From the human T2T-CHM13v2.0 reference genome, Homo sapiens, in assembly GCF_009914755.1 (NCBI RefSeq), contig NC_060936.1: a stretch of 64,000 bases of DNA; one strand, written 5' to 3'. The notes under the pieces were generated by a model. It was not told the DNA's origin, did no database searches, and saw nothing but the letters and a program-made list of their open reading frames with translations. The position numbers and the translations under genes were made by a program. The stretch's first letter is position 1. Each line of letters opens with the position of its first letter. Of the stretch, positions 14,804 through 28,205 are shown in pieces.

Positions 14804-15246
14804 TCAAATAATCAGTTCTGTTTTCTTTTTATTCTCAGTGTTTACATGCACAAGTAATAACATCACTACATTAACTCTGTAAACAGTTACAATATTATAA
14901 ATAAGGTTAAAAGTATCATTCACCATCATCCCAAACCAGTTTTACTCCAGAAGTAACAACTGGTCACTATATAGTTATTAACTAAACTAACTAAATAGTT
15001 AATAACTAACAAAATAGTTACAAAACAGTTATTAACTATTTAGTGTGAGTCCTTCCATATTCCCACTTCTACGCACAACTAGCAAATGAAAAAATTTGGA
15101 ATCAAATCCAGGAAAATTTGGTTTCAAAGTCTTTTCATTTTACCTCTACACATTTTTTTCTACACCAAATTTAACCGCTGTGTGAACACAGGCTCTTAAA
15201 CCCTTTGCCAAGGAGCATAAGGAAGTGCTTGCGGTATGCCAGGCAC

Positions 15247-15890
15247 AGACGTGGCATCGTTGTCTGGGGTAAATACTCGAGGTTTGCTGTCTCACGCCAG
15301 GGAAATCGAGGACGCAGACACACAAGAAATGAGTTTAAGAGCAGAGGTTTCATAGGCGAAAGAAAGAGAAAAGAGAATAGCTCTCTTTCTTGCAGAGAGA
15401 GAGGAGCTCCCTTGTGGGACTTCCAGCTCCATGGTGAAATGCACGGGGTTTTATAGAAAAGCTTGAGGAGGCGGTGTCTGATTCACATAGAGCCCGAGAG
15501 ATCAGTCGGACCAGGTATGACGTTTGCATAGTATGCAAAGAAGCTGGCCATCCCACCCTAATCTCTTACTAGCAGATCGGTTCTCTACCTGGCGGGTGCC
15601 GTGTTGTCTGTTCCTTACTGTACACGTGGTTGACAAAGAAAAGGGAAGATGGAGCCACCATGTTGAACATGCCTGGCCCTCAGGTAGCCTTTTCCTATTG
15701 ACACAGCTGCTGGCATTCACCCGTGCAAGCTTCTAGCTTGCCTTTCTATGTCTGCAGCTTGATTTTACAGGCTTCTCTTTGTTAGAAAGGAAATGATTTG
15801 GGGGCTGCCTTTTATTAAAAGGGAAACCTTACCAAGGACTCTCTTACCCTCACTATCTGCCTAAATAATTTCTTTCTAGCTCCTGTATCA
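15247..15890 (-). mobile_element. ERV1 solo LTR (MER50-like) inserted in a MIR
   Basis: Minus strand starts tgatacaggagctagaaagaaattatttaggcagatag; 4-bp TSD GCAC (15243-15246, 15891-15894); MIR resumes at 15895. Confidence 0.75.
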
Positions 15891-17634
15891 GCACTAAACC
15901 AAGAACCTCAATTAATCTTTACAGCAACATCATGAGGGCCAGTGTAATTGGTTCCATTTTTGCAGGTCCACAGACTGAGGCTCAAGAAAATTAGGTAACT
16001 GGTCATAGAGCTAATAAGCATCAGGGATAGGATTGGAACCCAGGTCTGTCCATGCTCTTAACAAACATGGTGCCTGCCTCCCCAGACACAGCTGAAATTT
16101 GCTGTCCCTCCAACAGTTGTAAGTGGATTGGTGAAATTGTTTTTGTTTTTGTTTTTGCGAAGATCCTCAAGGCACAAGCCTATATAGTATCACAAGCAAA
16201 GCCCTATGCACAGGCCAAGATTGACACAGGCTTGTCAAGACAGCAGGCAGTGAGCCTGTTGGATATGTGCAGAGAGCCAGACCCATAGACGAATCTTCCC
16301 TCTGTACATGGTGGGTAAGCCACCCATCTAAGATGTTGATAACAATCAATGCTCAGCCCAGGGCCAACACATTCTGGTGGGTCTGGGACAAGAGGGCAAG
16401 GTCATCAGACGACAGCTTTATTCAGTAGTTCTCCACTCATTCTGGAAGCCCCCAGCTCGGCCTGGCTTGGTTTTACCAGGCAGAGGCCAATTCCAGCATT
16501 GAAGAGGAGAAGAAAAAAAGAAAACACTAGGAGCTCATGCCAGACCTTTGCTAGGAAGCTAAAAATAGTTGTTGCTGCGGAAGGCCACAGATCATGAAAC
16601 ACATATGCCAACATAATAACCGTGTATAAAATCACCCCATGTGGGGTGTCCTCCAAACCACTCACAATTAAGCTTAAGTGATGATATATAGAACATCATT
16701 TTCCAGGTGGAGGACACTCAAATGTTTTGTGGCCTGGACACCCAGGAGATGTTGAAAGGGCTAGACTGGACTGAAGCCAGGGCTTGCATCTGGAGCCATG
16801 GGCAGCCTTACTGCCATCCATGAAGTTGACTGGGTACCCACGAGGTCCACAACACTGTTCTGCACTTTGTTGGGTTACAGGAACAAAAAGGAAGCATGCC
16901 ATGGCATGGCAGAGGTGGGTAAGCTTCTTATCTAATCCTCATAGCAACTCTGAAATAGACACTCTAATAATCATATAATGCCTGGCACATAATGGGTCTC
17001 AATGCAATGTTACTTAGACCCAGGGCTTTCTTGAAAGTATGTATGGTGAAATGTGCAAACAGATCAGATGAAGATTTAATTGCCATAGTCATACACAGTA
17101 ATTCACCTGCAGATGGTAACTGATGTGTGGGAGATGCTAAATATGGAAAGGCGATGACTGGTTTGAACTGATCCAGGGAAGCTACTGGAGGTAGGGTAGC
17201 CCTTTGGCCATGACTTAAAAGTTAAGTAAGCAGAAGCCTCAACACCCTGCTTGGATATAAAGCAAAGCTACCATTGAGAATACCCAGCAGGCGAAATGCA
17301 GATGTTAATTAAATATAGATGTGCATATACATACAGATGTGTACAGTGGACAATTGAAGGTCAAGCCCAACTCAGTGGTTACTAAAGTGTTTGTGTGGGG
17401 GTGCAGGCAAGAAAGTATCTCAATGCCTCTATCTCTGAAATGGGCACAAATGGAATCAGATTGTGGAGCGGGACTGCAAGAAGTCTTCTAGTTCATCCCT
17501 CACACACACATTCTCTAAGAGATGGCCAAGTGTCTCAGAGGCTTTTTCAAGATTTTTCAGTATTAGATATAAATCCCTTGGAAGCAGTTTTGTTTTACAT
17601 TCTTAAGAGGACAACCACAGTTGGGTGGGAACAG

Positions 17635-17835
17635 TCATGTGTGCTAGAAGCAGCTCATACTGAACCTATTGTATTCATCTCCTTCCAACTCTTGGTCGGA
17701 ATTTGGTGATCTCATATTGGTAGAGTAAAATCAGCCATGATGGGAATATTTACACCATGGGAATTGGCAAACACTGTAAATCAGGGCCTTTCCTTCTCCC
17801 CTGGAGAGCAGATTGTTAAGCATTTGCCAGCGTTT
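17635..17835. mobile_element. MER63-like DNA transposon relic
   Basis: tgggaatatttacaccatgggaattggcaaac is reverse-complement related to the copy at 12635-12851. Confidence 0.55.
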
Positions 17836-20533
17836 GGTGGGAAATGAATATCAAGAAAGTATAGTGAGAACCTGACGTCGTAATATCTCAGAGTTGGAAG
17901 GGATTTTAGGTCTTCTCTTACCCAACCCCAGATTTGGTGCTAGAATTCTTCTCCCAGGAGTTTCTCTGAGGATGGGGCAGTTACTAACAGCAGATGGTGA
18001 AATGATTTTTCAGTGTTACATAGACATTAACATGAAATCGCATAGCAGAAAAGGTACTTGTTTTTAAATTCTCTTTTGTCCTTTTTTATTATGCAAAGGA
18101 GAAAGTCTCAATTTAGTGCTATTCAATTTTTAACACCTCTCTAAGGACTTGTTGCTCTTCCTTTTAACAGAAAGGGCAGGCCTCAGGCTCAGAGCCTTGT
18201 GAAGATTAGTGCCTAGCTGTAATTGAATAGCTTCTTTTGTTTTTATTGTATTTACTTTTATAGTTACTTTCTATTTGTGACATGCAGGAATGGCTTTCTT
18301 CTTACAGTGATAGTAGTAAGTTTACTTTTTATCACGTTTCTAAAATGAGCTCAATTAGAGACAAATATTAAGTAAATTATAATAAAATTAGTGTAGAGAG
18401 ATGGCAAATATCCTGAAGGTGGTTTGTGAATGACCAACACGTCTGGAACACAGACGTACCCTAGATCAGGCAGACTTTGCCTGAATATGCCCAGTGACAG
18501 GGAGGTCACCACTCGGTAAGGCACTTCTGTTACGGTAATCAGTGAAACACTTCATTTGAATTAACAGGGACTTTTGTTTCTTCCTCCCCATGACCAGCAC
18601 CATATTTAAATTAAGTGTATTTCCTACAATATTCTCTTATTGGGCCAAAACTACTCAGTCTGCAAGGTCTCCAGTTTCTATTCTTGGTTTGCCTTTGGCT
18701 CAATATCTCCATTAATTGTCATGGGCTTAGGGTCTTTATGATGAACTGAGCCATGATGACCTTTAAAGTCGAATTCTGTCCTTGGTGTGTCAACATTTCT
18801 CCAGTTGAAGCTGTTCTCCCTATACAAGAGGAATTGGAGTCTGTGGTTGCCAAGCAAACGTGGCAGGATAATTTGTTTCTGTGCCTTAAATCTCTGGAAT
18901 TACTGTCTCTAGCTCCCTATCTTTGTCCTTTGGAAAACCAGATCCTCAGTGTGATATCCTGATACTCAGACTCAGTGGTAGTAATCACTGCTCCCTACTG
19001 TGGCCTTCCTGTGCACCAGGCACCAAACTGACAGCTTCCCATGCATCCTCTCACTTACACCTCATGACAACCCCAGTGGCACCTGCTATTGCCACCCCAT
19101 TCTAAGGACGAGGAAGCTGGAGCTCAGAGAGTCGAAGTCACTCAAGGTCTCCTGGCCAGCAAGCAGTGGAGTCTGGACTCTTAGATCTGTGGCCCCAAAG
19201 TCTCAGTGCTCCAAACTTATGAGAAGGATTTCTTATCTCAGACCCTAAGATCTACAATGGAAAGTTGAAGCAGGTGACATGGGGAGGTGCCTGTGCTACA
19301 ACCAGAGACCCTTTAAGGAAAATTCTTGTTTTCTAAAGTCAGAAGAATGTGCAGTAAGTGAGCACAAAGCAGGCTGGCTCTTTGCAGGCATCTGACACCT
19401 TCTCATGACCTTCCTATCTTTATCGTTAGTGCTTGAGAGAGAGAGATAAGGCGGGGCAGGGGCAGAGCCAGGGAGAAACCCTACTTGACCCCATCCAGGC
19501 AAATGCATACCTCTCTTCTCCTTCCACAAACATGAAGCTGATTTTCATGTGCTTTAGCCACGAAACTTTTAGCCACAAAAACTCTTTCCCTTGTCAATGT
19601 TCAGTAATTAAAATTTTCTCAAAACCTGCAAATGAGCTTCACAGCAGTCTTTAGCGTTTTACCATGAGGCAGAGATATGTCTTCCAGGCCTTTTTTTGAC
19701 ATTAATCCATTCAGCAGACTTGGCCTGATGCTCGGCTGTGTGACAGCCAGCGCACTGGTCACTGTGGGTACAGGGAAGCACGATGAGCACCATTTCTGCC
19801 CTCTGTCTTCATCCCAATAAGTCCTGACACAGAAGGGGAACAGGGTACAAAAGTTCTGTGGGAGCACCTAACTGATGAAGGGGTGGAGGGAAAAGTATTC
19901 GTAACAGGGGGAAGAGCATCTGTGAAGGCCCTGAGTCATGAGACAGCAGGAGCTCAAGGAGGCCCAGTATGGCCTGTACTACTGGGCTGGCCCATCACAG
20001 GCATTCAGAACAGTGGGAATGAATGAATGAATGAATGAATGAATAAGCAGAGTGTAATGGGGCACACTGGGAGATGAGGATGGAGATACACACTTAGGCT
20101 GATTCATGAAGTCTTTGAAGTCTGTTATGAGGAATTTTGACCTTGAGCCTAACTGTGAGGGGAGGCCATGGACGCATTCTACACAATAGTGATGTGATTA
20201 TGTTTCATGTTTCCCCAAACATGCCGGGCCACCAAGCTGTGACTATCTCACCACCCACCCATCCCAATACACTCAATGTGAATACAAAGCTTTACTTCTC
20301 TCCTTTGCTCCCAAAGAGATGAGGTGCTGAAAATGCAGCAGACCCAGGGTAATTGGAGATCTACTGATGGCGGAACCTCTTTGTGCTTGCCTGTTAGCCA
20401 TGTTCTTGAAGCTGGTCTTGCAGGCATAACCCTGGGTGGCCACTGCACTGGAAATTAAATTAATTAAAGAAATTAAATAATTGATCAAAAGTCTGGAAGT
20501 GATTGGATGAATAGAGATTTAAATCCAGATCTG

Positions 20534-20670
20534 GGCTGGGATCAGTGGCCCACACCTATAATCCCAGCACTTTGGGAAGCCAAGGCGGGAGAATTACTTG
20601 AGCCCAGGAGTTCAAGACCAACCTGGGCAACAGTGAGATTCTATCTCTACAAAAATAAAATTAAAAATAT
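20534..20670 (+). mobile_element. FLAM / free left Alu monomer
   Basis: Single monomer plus A tail; TSD atccagatctg at 20523-20533 and 20674-20684. Confidence 0.9.
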
Positions 20671-21308
20671 ATTATCCAGATCTGCTTTTGCTTCTATAGC
20701 ATCTCTTTCTGGATGTTCTAGAGAAGTCTTCTCGCCCCACCCATATTTCCTATTTCAGAGACAGGAAGCTATACCGACCACATGGTCCCACCCTCCAGGC
20801 TACAGATGATTGGACCAAAGGGAAACACCTGATACAAGCTGAACCAATCAGATTTCCTTATCTGGAACTTGGACTTTAGACACTGAAAGACGGATCCAGA
20901 TAGCCACAGAGTATGGAGATGAGGGCCCCATAAACTCTAGGGCCGGGACAGCTATGATGGGCTGTGTGCGAGAGCAGAAGGAGCCAGGATAGAGAAAGAA
21001 TAAAGAAACGAGTGTGCAGAAAATAGCATATCTGAGCATTCATGCCTTTTGAGAGCTCAAGAGACACAGCAAGTAGCTGAGCTGTCCTGTCACTGGATAC
21101 CATGAGATTTCCTACATTTTTAAAAACTTGAGCTGAATGAACCTGTTTCTTTCTGCCCACCACAGATACCTGAATAAAACGCAATCTAGACAACACAAGA
21201 GACCTTCAAGAGGGCATGTTCATGAGATGGGTGAGCGTGTTATAAGCTGATGAAAAGACTTGGGGTGTCCATGGGTTTCTTTGTAATATCTCTGCCTAGC
21301 CACTTTAA

Positions 21309-21781
<473 letters not shown>

Positions 21782-22560
21782 TCACCACTAATAAAGGCAG
21801 CTGGGTGATGAGTTTCTGTATCTGGCAAATCTACTTCATTTTCCATCCCTCTGTCGACTGCAATGTAAGACAGCTCAAGAAGAAATTAATACTTGGAGTC
21901 AGTGTCAGCCCCACTGACAGCAGATCAAAGCTGAAAGACAAATTGCTCATCACAGTTCAGGGAGCCGGAGCTGGGAGAAGACAGACCTGCCATTCCCTGC
22001 GAGCTCCGGGCCGCTCCCACTGGTGGCTAACTTTACAAGGGACCCATCCTGGCTTCTGCCTACCTGTGAAGTCTGCAGAGAGCTGCAAGGGGCTGGTCCT
22101 GGGAGAGCAACTTGTTGGACATCCTTAGGGCCCCTTAATGACCCTGTGTTTGCAGCATGTCACCATGTCACTGGTATGACCAAGCCTAATGCCCTAGAAA
22201 AGCTATTTCTGGGCATCACCTGTCACCAGCTCATTCCAAGTCGTGGATTCTCAATTTTCTTTATGACACCTTGACCGCTTGGCCATGAAGGATATTGTGT
22301 TTTGTGGGTTGAGTTCTGCACAAGCTCCTGACCAAACATTGAGTGGGGGGGGCTGATATCCAGCCCTTGCTTCACTGGCGAAACCATGTGCCCTGGCACG
22401 GGGCTGCATTCATTTGGAGAGAGGGTGGCTTTTTCTAATTTTTACAGAGGTGCTGCTTAGATTAATGAAGTCCTGGCAACATTGTGTTATAGAGCTATGG
22501 GCTTATTTGTTTATGGTCTGTGTCCCATAGGTAGAATATTGACTCCTTGAGGACAAGGAC

Positions 22561-23405
22561 TGTGCTGGAAATATACCATTTGCCTCTCCAGAACCACTTG
22601 CCACCCTTCTCCTCCCTGCTCTGTGCCCCAGGAGAATGACAACTTAATGACCTCCCTTGCTCTCCAGCCTCCAGTTGGATTCAGCCAATAGAAAGCACTG
22701 CTGGGAGATCAAAGGTGATATGGTTTGGCTGTGTCCCCACCCACATCTCATCTTGAATTGTAGCTCCCATAATTCCCGTATGTGGTGGGAGGGACTTGAT
22801 GGAAGATAATTGAATCATGGGGGCAGTTTCCCCCGTACTGTTATTGTGATAGTGAATAAGTCTCACGAGATCTGATGGTTTTATAAAGGGTTTCCCCCTT
22901 TCACTTGGCTCGCATTCTTTCTTGCCTGCTGCCACGTAAGACGTGCCTTTTGCCTTCCATCATGATTGTGAGGCCCAGCCATGTGGAACTATGAGTCCAT
23001 TAAACCTCTTTTTTAAAAAATAAATTACCTAGTTTCAGGTATGTCTTTATAAATAGCCTGAAAACAGACTAATACAAAAGGGCAGGGAGATAGAAAGGTT
23101 GGAGTCTCTGTTCCCAGTCTCATTTTTGCTACATGGACTTGGTTGTTTGTGATTCTCTGGTCCTGGCTCCTGTCACACGGCCTCTCCCTACCACTAACCT
23201 CTTCACTGCCAGTCGCTGCTCCCCCTCTGTGCCCCTTCAGGGTGGTAACAGCTCCCTGCTGTTGCTAGCCCCAGGGGACTGCACCATCCCTTGTAGGGGG
23301 ATCTATGCAAACAGTCTGTGCAAATAGTCCCTTTATTCAACTCCTCCTCCAATTCCCAGTTTGAGTGCACCATCTCTTTCCTACTCAGAGCCCAGTTAAG
23401 ATATA
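22561..23405 (+). mobile_element. Old ERVL LTR (LTR33-like), split by THE1
   Basis: ccagttggattcagccaatagaaagcactg...ccctttattcaactc is similar to the copy at 60.8-61.2 kb. Confidence 0.55.
22716..23076 (+). mobile_element. THE1 solo LTR (ERVL-MaLR)
   Basis: tgatatggtttggctgtgtccccacc...acagactaataca; 5-bp TSD AAAGG. Confidence 0.92.
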
Positions 23406-24402
23406 GAGATGTTGCTTGGTTCATTGCTGTGTCCCCAGCTCCTAGAAGAATTTCCAGCACAGAACAACCACTAACCATTCAACCATTTATTTGTTGAATG
23501 AATAAATTATGATCCCTGAAGGCGGCAAGCCTTGGTTTTTTGTTGTTTTGTTAAGGACTCACTGGCATCCTCTTTATTCAGCCTTGCAGCTCGGCTGTTG
23601 GAAATCACTCATGAAGACCATTCCTCCCACCTCATCTGTCCATGTTCAGCAGTCCTCAAACCTCCCTGTTCTCATTTATTTCAGACAACAATTAGACCCT
23701 ATTGGAAAAATTTTTCTTCTGCTCTTGCCCTGGGTAGGTTGCAGGGGTGGAGGGAAAAATAAGTGATACCCTTAGAGAAGCATCATTTTTGATTTCTGAA
23801 AACCAATATTTTTCCTGCCATTCTTCTTTTCTTTACACCCATTTGTCAGACTCAGTCTCCTAAATTAGTGCTAGAGGGTGCTTGCTGACCAGGGTAATTC
23901 CACTCTAAGAAAAAAAAAAAAAGCAACCAGTAACAGTGAGCTGTTTAGTCTGGGGAGCCATGGTGCGGTCGCACCAAAGGTGCACATCTTTAGGAGTAGC
24001 CGTCTGAGGGCTGCTGGGCATAATGACCAGGTGGCAGCATTCCAGCCTTGGAAAATGTGTAGTATTTTCTCTCCAGGGTTTTGCAGAAATGACACTGTCA
24101 GAGAAAACAATGATTTAATGGCCACATGACAGGAGCCTTAAGACTAATGGTACCCAACTCAGAAAAATGTAGGAGACAACTGGAAGGCAATTACGAAACA
24201 GTCCGTGCCTACAACTCAGTCATTACCAACCGAGCATTGCGAGGAAGCCTCTCTCCTTTGGAAGGTCGAATTCTTATGGTTCCAAGTGATTAGGAGCAGA
24301 GCCGGTGCTGGAAAACACAGGGTGGATATTTCTATGGAGAATTCTCCAGAATTGTGTACATCACACAGAGTACTCCATCCTCCTCCCCTCTTCCCCCTCA
24401 AC

Positions 24403-24434
24403 TCTCTCTCTCTCTCTCCCTCCCTCCCCCTCTG

Positions 24435-24489
<55 letters not shown>
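24403..24489 (+). repeat. Compound (CT)n(CA)n microsatellite
   Basis: Read directly; about 20 CA units. Confidence 0.97.
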
Positions 24490-25351
24490 CCAATTAAAAT
24501 GTTTCAGCTCTTCCACTTTCCAAACCCAGTCCTCACAAAGCTTTGTTTACGCAGGCTAGGCAAAGTGACATTGCCTACTTGACAAGTAGCTTTTGATTAA
24601 AAACACTGAACTCTGCCCGAGTAATTGTGCCACACACATGAAAATCATTTGAGGATCTGAAGAGAAGTTCCTCTTTGCCCCCAGGAAACCTGAAATATTG
24701 TGTTTTTCTAAACAACAACAACAACAAAAAAAACCTCTGTCTTGCACGGTTTGAACAAAACTTACATCTGTGCATTCTAGTATTTGCTAGATTTTTCTAC
24801 AATGAGCATGTGGGCTATTTTCCAAACATTATCTTTTTATGACAAAGCCCTAAATTCACTCATTTGTGTTGCTAAAAGGACAAATGCCATACATAAAAAA
24901 GCACAAGTTTCTCTTAATTCTCACCCCCTGCCCATCTCCCAGCTCCAGAGGTAAATGCTTTTATGTATATGATGTGATTCCTCCCACCCCCTTTTTCTAT
25001 AGGTATGAATGTATATATATATGAATCTTTACACATTTTATTTTAAGGATTATTTTGTTTTTCATAAATGGGATTATACCATATGTATTTATTTCACAAC
25101 TTCTTAAAACTTAAATGTCTTAGAGATCTTGGAGATGTTGGGATCAGCACATAAAAATTTACCTAATTGCTTTTAACGGCTGCCTCAAATTCCATAGTGT
25201 TACTGAATCACAGTTTATTTCCCTAGGTCCCCTCTGACGCACATTTCAGGTTACTCTTAATGTCTCACGATTACATGCAATGCTATAATAAAATACTTGT
25301 ACATTGCCTATTTGGACACATAAGGCCCCATTTCTATATGGGAGAGATAAT

Positions 25352-25725
25352 TATATCAGTTAAGATACTTTTGGCTGCAAATAAAAGAAGATCCCAGTGG
25401 CTAAGCAATAAGGGTTTTATTTTCTCATGTTAAGGTGAACTCTGAAGGTTAGAGCAGCACAAAGGTGGTTAATTCATCGGCTCAATGTCATCATCCTGGA
25501 GCCAGGTGCTTTCTTTCCATCTTTCTGGTCTGCTTCTCTCAGAGAGTTGGGAATGCCTCCCCCAGAGATCACATGATGGCTGGAGATGTTCTAGGTGACA
25601 TGTGCAGACATGCCTCTTCAGCAGTCCTTGGATCCCCTTGGCCAGGATTGAGCTGCAAACTCACACATACACCTGCCACTGGCAAGAGGAATGAGATGAC
25701 CGTGACTGTCATGGACCAATTGTGA
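25352..25725 (-). mobile_element. MLT1-type LTR relic within L1ME-like sequence
   Basis: tcagttaagatacttttggctgcaaataaaaga is a typical MLT1 end. Confidence 0.55.
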
Positions 25726-26657
25726 TTCCTTCTCTTGTTCTTGGAGGAAGAAAGTGAGAGGAAACAGATTTTATTAATCAAATAAACCTCCAGAAAATTT
25801 GTACCAAATCACAGCCTACTTGAATATCCAAGTACCAGTTACTTCGCATCTTCATCCACCCTTTAATAAGGCATTTAAGTTTCTGCCAGTGTGATGGGCA
25901 AAGAGGACATGTTGTTGTTTTCTTGTACCTACCTGATTGTCAAGATTGAGGATCATCTATATATTCATTGTTTATTTATATTTTCTCTTTGGAGAATTAC
26001 CTTATTTGTATTATTTGCCCTATTTTCTACTAGGTAGTTTGCTCTCTTTTCATTGATTTGCAAAGTTTCTATATGTACATCTTGGAAACACATATAATCA
26101 AGACATTTTAAAAGGTTCTTAAGAATAAACACTTAAATTATGTATCTTTGTTCTTACTTTGATTCTCAAGTGCTTCTATAACAGTTTGGGGAGCAGAAGA
26201 AAATCCATTTCGTGGAATAGGTTATGGTGACATGCTTTCTAAATGGTGTGCTTCAGAACAAAAGTTCCTAGACAGATGTTAAAATGCAACTGGAAAACAC
26301 TGCACAAAATTTCCTACTTTTAGAGTATCACCATGTACAAACAGCATAGGGATCAGCTCTGTTTTGATCATGACCACTACCTTTCTTGTGATCTCATACC
26401 ATCATTTGCCCTCTCTGAGTCTTACTTCACTCATTATAAAATAGTCCCCTTTCTTGGCTCTTCCCATGCTCATGCACATTCATGGCTTCCCACAGTAGCA
26501 CCTGTGGCTCTCTGTCTGTGGTCTGGGGCAGTTCAGAAGGGACAAGAAAGGCAATGCCTTAAGGAGCATCCCTTTACCAATGGCAGACAAATGATAACAC
26601 ATAAGTACCTCAGTTGCCTTGCCTTCAGATGCAACAATTCTGAGACATCTTCTATAT

Positions 26658-26872
26658 CAAGAGTCAACAAACTACAGTTCACCAGCCAAATCTGGCTGAC
26701 CACTTGTTTTTATAAATAAAGTTATACTGGAACACAGCCACGCCCATTTCTTTACATATGGTCTATGGTTGCCTTCATACTACAAGGGCAGAGTTGTACA
26801 AGAGACTGTATACCCCCAAAAGCCTAGTATTTATGGTGTGGCCCTTTCTAGACAAGTTTGCTGACTCCAACT
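26658..26872. mobile_element. MER58A hAT-Charlie element
   Basis: caaactacag...ccaaatctggc...aaataaagttatactggaacacagccac...aagtttgctgactcc; TSD-like (t/c)tctatat. Confidence 0.8.
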
Positions 26873-27569
26873 CTATATTATTCCCCTGTGGTGCCAGCAG
26901 GGTTGAGCCCCAAGTTGCCCACGGTGGTCACCTGCTTGCTCATTAACATACCTTCCTCTCCTTGTCCCACTCTCCTATGGGGGTTTCCCAGGATCACCTC
27001 CCAAATACACTACTTGTGCTCACAAAGCTGTAACATACTAGACAGGCTTAGAAAAGAAGCAAGTAGAGTGGGAAATGGCAGGGGATTGTCGATCATGGTA
27101 AGTCTGAGCCCCTGAGCCCCAGACCCAAGGCATCTTTAGGGTTAGCCCCCCTACCCACCTCCCATCACTTCCACAAATCACCACCAACACACAGGCATGC
27201 ACACACACACACATACACAGAGCAAGCTTGCCATTCATTTGGGTAGTGGCTTTGCACACATTACCATTAGTGGCTGATGAATTGAAAACTAAATGGAAAA
27301 TGCAAATGGAAGACAAAGATGACTTTCTCTTCTCTGCATCAGGAAGACACCCTGACTCCTGGTCAGTGTGTGGCCACATGAAAGAAGTAGACTTTCTCCA
27401 GAGGGAAATATGTCTGTTTAGTCTGTAATGATGCATATTTTCATACATAAAATAAATAGGTCATCAAATCTCTCTCCTAAGGGAGGAAGGGCTCCTAACA
27501 TCTCACTATTACATGTAATGCTACCATAATGCCATTCTCAAATCGTAAAAGACAAGGCTTCAATATACC

Positions 27570-27965
27570 TCACATCTTCCCACCTCCAGGCATTTGCACA
27601 AGCCATTCCTGCCACCCAGAACATTCCCTTAATAAACACACTTTTGTCCTTCTTTGGGTCTGTTTAGATACTACTTCCCAAAGACACCTTCCCTAATCCT
27701 CCCTGCAGGTGCTCCCTGTCAGTAAGCAGATCAGGGCCCTAAAACACTGTTTGTTGTGCTTACTAAATTTATCCTGGTACTTACTATAATAACTAAATAA
27801 ATGTTTGTTTAATGTCTTTCTCTCCCACCATTCTATACATCACATCTCTCCTGTTTACAGTCACAGCCCCAGTGCCTGACATTTAGTGGATAATCAATAT
27901 ATTTTTTAAATAGATGAATCAGTGAATGGGTGAATGAATGAATGAATGGACAAATGAATGAATGT
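27570..27965 (+). mobile_element. L2 3' region with (GAAT)n tail
   Basis: gcccagtgcctgacatttagtgg-type end followed by tgaatgaatgaatg. Confidence 0.7.
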
Positions 27966-28046
27966 GGATGGACCCCTCAGAGAGTGGTCATTCTTTCAGT
28001 ATAATGATGCCAAGATGAGTTCTTTGATGACCAGAGGAAGCTCTCT

Positions 28047-28205
28047 GCTTTTCAAATTCTAATCTGCAAGGAATCACTTGGAGATCCTTGTGGAAATGCA
28101 GATTTGAATTCAGCAGCTCGGAGTAGGGCTGAGACTTGCTTTTCTGACAAGCCCCCAGGTGACACAGATGCTTCTAGTTCCCGAGCCACACTTTGAGTAG
28201 CAAGG
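28047..28205. mobile_element. MER5A
   Basis: gaatcacttggagatccttgtggaaatgcagatt...ccacactttgagtagcaag. Confidence 0.8.
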
